From Selaginella moellendorffii (taxonomy: Eukaryota; Plantae; Lycopodiophyta), in assembly GCF_000143415.4 (NCBI RefSeq), contig NW_003314261.1, positions 806,001 to 870,000 of the forward strand: a DNA stretch of 64,000 bases, written 5' to 3'. How positions within the stretch are numbered: position 1 is the stretch's first letter; each line of letters begins with the position of its first letter. Positions 59,708 to 64,000 of the stretch are shown here, one piece after another. Under the pieces are notes generated by a model that made no database searches, was not told the origin of the DNA, and was given only the letters and a program-made list of their open reading frames with translations. Position numbers and translations under genes: made by a program.

Positions 59708-61409
59708 ATGGACGAGACGAGCATCATCCGCGGCATCAACTCCGCCATCAAGAAGAGCGAAGGGAGATTTTGCTGCGGCGGATCATTGCCGCTGCCACAG
59801 GAAGGGATTGGGATCTGGTACACGAAGGTACGAAAATATATCGATCGATCGATCGATCGGTCTACCAAAATATATTTCTCATCGATCGATCTATCGTCCA
59901 GGAGAACGATTCTCACGGCCATCTCCATCTTCCCGTGGAGCCTTACGATGATACCGGCATCGAGGAGCTCCTGGACGAGACCGCAAATCTCCAAGAAGGT
60001 AGTTAGAAATCCTCTTTTCTTCCATTCTAGCTCTAGAAAAACTCCCAGGACACCTTGTTCACGAGCTCGACCCCCATTCTTTCGCCACAAACTTCGATCT
60101 GGGCAAGTTCTTCATCATGGACGAGATCACCAAGCTCCTCGGCCCCGGCACCATCCTCCGCGCGCAGCTTCACAAGCTCACGGTGATCGTCACCGGCGGC
60201 GAGCGAGAGCTCAATGACTCGATGCTCCCAAACGAAGAGGGCGACGTCTTTGGCTACTTGATCGTCGGACTTCCATTCTCTTTCACCGGCGGAGAGGTCA
60301 TGGTGAGAAAGTCCGGAAGCAAGCTCAATACTTTCTCGACCTGGGACACCACCGAGTCGATCCACTGGGTAGCTTTCATTGCCGGTTGCGACCACTTGAT
60401 CACCGAGGTAACTTCGGGCTACCAGATCACACTGACTTACAAGCTTTTCAGACTGGTGGACAGTAACAAGAGAAAGAGAGTGGTAGGAGTGAACGACACT
60501 CTGGTTGACGCTCACACCCTGCCGCTCTACGAGCTCTGGATCGAGGCCACCAACAACGCAAACTTCTACCCCGACGGTGGTGTCCTGGGTTTTGCTTGCC
60601 AGCAGCAGTACGAAGTTAGCGACGAGCTCAGAGTCGATGGTCTCAGGGATGACAAGACTTGGCTGCTCAAGGGGGCCGATGCCATGCTGTTCGCGGCAGC
60701 AAAGGCAGCGGGGCTGGAAGTGGAGCTCAAGCCAGTCTACAAGAACAGCGAGAGCGAGAACCCGGCACTGCTCTACTTGGGGAAGGTCGTCGGCGAGAAA
60801 GCTCCAGGATTCTTGGGAGAGTTCCGGGAAGGCTTTGACGATCTGGACAGGGATACCACCGCAGGCGAGGAGCTCCCGAGAGGTCGCGACGGTGTCAAGA
60901 CGGACGCCAACTTGAAGTGGTGCTTGAGGAATTTTGCGTGGATCACTGGGAAGGAGTGTGGACGCTACCGGACCGAGCAAGTGGATGTTTCGTGGTTTCA
61001 CTCGAGCGCTGTGGTGGTGACGATTCCTCCCTGGTCGGAGAGGAAGGGGAGCATCGAGAAGGCGGAGGAGGAGGTTCCAGAGGCGAAGAAGGCCAAGATT
61101 TACAAGGAGGCCATCGCCGACTGGTTCCGGCGGGCCGAGGAGCAAGCCACCCGCGAGGTTGCGGACAGTGAGTACCGGGCAAACTCGGACGAGGAGGAAG
61201 AGGAGGAGGAGAACGAGGACGAGGATGAGGAAGACGATGAAGGAGACGACGAGGAGGAGGGCGATGGCGATGGCGATGGCGATGAAGAAGAAGATGGCGA
61301 TGGCGATGGCGATGGTGGCGATGGAGGAGTGAAAGAGGATGGCGATCCTCTTCCTCCGGCGAAAGATCTAGAGGGCGAGAATGGAGCTCTAGAGAAAATT
61401 CCCGAGTGA
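59708..61409 (+). CDS. 2OG-Fe(II) oxygenase-like protein with acidic tail (3 exons)
   Basis: Exons ~59708-59827, 59902-59998 and ~60049-61409 join in frame. Motifs FCCGGSL, AQLHKL, FGYLIVGLP..FTGGE and WVAFIAGCDHLITEVTSGYQITLTY. Confidence 0.7.
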
Positions 61410-61631
61410 TCGATCACCTATCAAATTTTTTTTAACTTGGATATGTGTCGGATTTACCCAAGTTCCCCAAGTTACCTAAAGGTTAGAAAGGACTGGGACA
61501 AAAGTGCCGGCATCGTGTGTTTTGATTATCGTGAACAGGGCGGTCTTTAGGGTTCATCGCGACGCTGGGGTCAAGGATTTGATGCGCCCTCTCGGCGGGG
61601 GATTCGCGTCATTGTTGATCGGCGATCAGAA

Positions 61632-64000
61632 ATGGGGCGATCGTTCGTCAGGTAGGGAACATTCTTGGAATCTCAAGCTTATTTTTTCCCTCGATTCTCC
61701 TCTCGCCCGTCAGGTTCCCGAGCGATCTTAGCTCGGATGTCTCGAATTCGGTGCGCCCGGCCGAGAATGGGCACTACAAGCCCATGGATGATGCTGCTCT
61801 TAGGCACAAGTGGGACAGCCAGGGGATTCCAGGCGCGGCGGTGTGGGATCTCGACAAAGTGATGGAGGCATCGGATTTTAAGCTGGATGACAGGCTGCCG
61901 AATTCCAAGGTCCTGGATCCACGCAGCAATTTCGTGCATCAGTGGAACAAATTCTTCGTCATCTCCTGCTGGATCGCCGTGTTTGTGGATCCACTCTTCT
62001 TCTACCTTCCGGTGGTGAGCAAGAGCATTTGCGTGAGAATCGAGACCGATCTCGCCATCGCCGTGACACTTCTGCGAACACTCTCCGACTTGTTCTACAT
62101 TCTACACATGGTTTTGGAGTTCCGGATGGGTTTCATCGCTCCCTCTTCGCAAGTTTTTGGGAAAGGAGAGCTCGTCGTGGATACGAAGCAAATTGCCAGG
62201 AAGTATCTCACCAGGAACTTCTGGCTTGACTTGGTTGCCGTCTTGCCTCTTCCACAGGTCTGCCGTCTTTATTGTCTCTCTCTCTCATTTAGTTGTCTTT
62301 TCTTCGTTCTTTCACTGGCAAGGCTAATCCAAACTTTTGTTCTAGTTCATAATCTGGATTTTGATACCAGTTCTGAAGAGCACACCGGCAGCAAGCACTA
62401 AGACCGCCTTGAGATTCGTGGTCTTTTTCCAGTACCTCCCGCGGCTGCTCAGGATCTATCCGTTAACAATGAAGATGGTCAAGAGCACTGGAATGGTGCT
62501 GGAGACTCCGTGGGCTGGAGCGGCATACAATCTTATACTTTTCATGCTCGCAAGTCATGTAAGTCTGTGTCGTGCCGTCTACATCCATCCAACTTTAAGG
62601 AAACCGTTGTTGTTTATTCAGGTACTTGGCGCTACGTGGTACTTGCTAGCCGTGGAACGCCAGGACACTTGCTGGCGTAGAGAATGCCGGCGTGATACCA
62701 CTTTTGGTATACACTTGTGCAAGCGCTTTCTGGACTGTCAAAGTCGGACAAATGGTTTATCCGGGCAGCGGGATCAATGGCTCAGCTCGACCGATATAAG
62801 TCAACGATGCTCCGCCGATCAGGACAGCTTCAACTTTGGTATTTATAATGAAGCTCTCAAGAACGGAATCACAACAAACACCGCGTTCTTCAAGAAATAT
62901 TTCTACTGTCTGTGGTGGGGATTGCGTAACCTGAGGTATGAGCGTCTTTTTATATTCTTAGACTCACAATGAACGTGCGCTCTGTAGTGCGCTGGGTCAA
63001 AATCTGGAAACAAGTACGTTTGTTTGGGAGATTCTGTTTGCTATTGTTATTGCGATCCTGGGATTAGTTCTGTTCGCTCTGCTCATTGGAAACATGCAGG
63101 TCGGTTGCCCTGTCTTTCTCAAAGCGTCATTCTTTTAGCTTCTTTTGTGTTTATGCAGACGTACTTGCAATCTGTTACAGTGAGGTTGGAACAAATGAGG
63201 CTTAAACGTCGTGACACAGAGCAGTGGATGAGCCACCGGCAATTGCCGCCTGAGCTACGTGATCGAGTACGGAGATATGACCAGCAGAAATGGGTGGCAA
63301 CAAGGGGAGTTGACGAAGAAGCGCTCGTCCAAAGCTTACCAGTTGACCTGAAAAGAGATATCAAGCGGCATCTCTGCCTGAATCTAGTTCGCAGGGTAAG
63401 TTGCTTGGCTATCTACTTTCATCTCGAGCTAAGTCATGATGTTTACAGGTCCCATTGTTTAGTCACATGGACGAACGACTTTTAGATGCTATGTGTGAGA
63501 GGCTTACCTCTGCTCTTCACACCGAAGGAACGTTTATTACTCGGGAAGGTGATCCTGTCAACGAGATGCTGTTTATTATCCGAGGAAACTTGGAAAGTGT
63601 AACTACAGATGGAGGGCGCACAGGTTTTTTGAACGTGAGCATTCTGGGGCCGGGAGATTTCTGTGGCGAAGAACTCTTGTCCTGGGCTTTGCTCCCAAAG
63701 CCGAAAAACCTTCCGACCTCGACTCGGACGGTTAAAGCGTTGAAAGAGGTGGAAGGTTTCTCTTTCAAAGCCGAGGACTTGAGATTTGTGGCCGGTCAGT
63801 TCCGAAGGATGCACAGCAAGCAGCTCCAGCATACGATACGCTACTACTCGCAGCAGTGGCGTACCTGGGCAGCTCAGTACATTCAAGCTGCCTGGAGACG
63901 TCACGTTAAGAAACAAGACCAAAAGCGGCAGCTCGAGTTACTATCCAGTCTCATAGACGACGGAGGGGCACCGCTTAAAACTTCTACTTCCATCAGCTTC
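61632..64000 (+). CDS. CNGC: Cyclic nucleotide-gated channel, 3' end beyond window
   Basis: MGRSFVR/FP start across intron 61652-61713, VDPLFFYLP, ETPWAGAAYNL, WWGLRNLS-ALGQNL pore, CNBD GDFCGEELL and IQ motif QWRTWAAQYIQAAWRR. Confidence 0.95.

Noticed and set aside
60033-61145. 370-aa minus-strand ORF
   Set aside because: Antisense shadow of the GC-rich oxygenase-like exon, with no independent motifs.

Overview
Eukaryotic plant DNA, most likely a lycophyte such as Selaginella. This is inferred from ~50-bp introns, many PLS-type PPR fragments and the compact gene spacing. The first ~55 kb is a nest of transposons and gene fragments. It holds a non-coding LTR element (1-6447) and a class II (PTEN-type) formin gene split by a ~25.6-kb nested insertion. 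That insertion contains an old Ty3/gypsy, a chromovirus (26165-46214, TSD CCTTT) and a solo LTR. There are also three copies of a head-to-head formin/AUGMIN6 fragment block, PPR debris and two REase(-kinase) ORFs. The right end carries apparently intact genes: a SAM methyltransferase, a degenerate 2OG-Fe(II) oxygenase-like gene and a CNGC channel. The main discovery is a 12.5-kb Sola2-like DNA transposon (33212-45757; 24-bp perfect TIRs, 4-bp TSD ACTA) inserted in the chromovirus 5' LTR. Besides its transposase it carries a divergently transcribed multi-exon cargo gene: ParB/Srx-like domain, degenerate amino-methyltransferase-like fold and FCP1/NIF-like HAD phosphatase. It also has about 25 copies of a 22-bp palindrome (ATGGCRTGWGGCCWCAYGCCAT), placed mostly in introns and intergenic DNA and not seen elsewhere in the window. 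This suggests a ParB/parS-like self-recognition or anti-silencing system. A second oddity is a canonical-looking 52-bp GT-AG intron inside the chromovirus integrase, just before the GPY/F motif and chromodomain. All domain calls are by eye from motifs and need HMM or structure confirmation.
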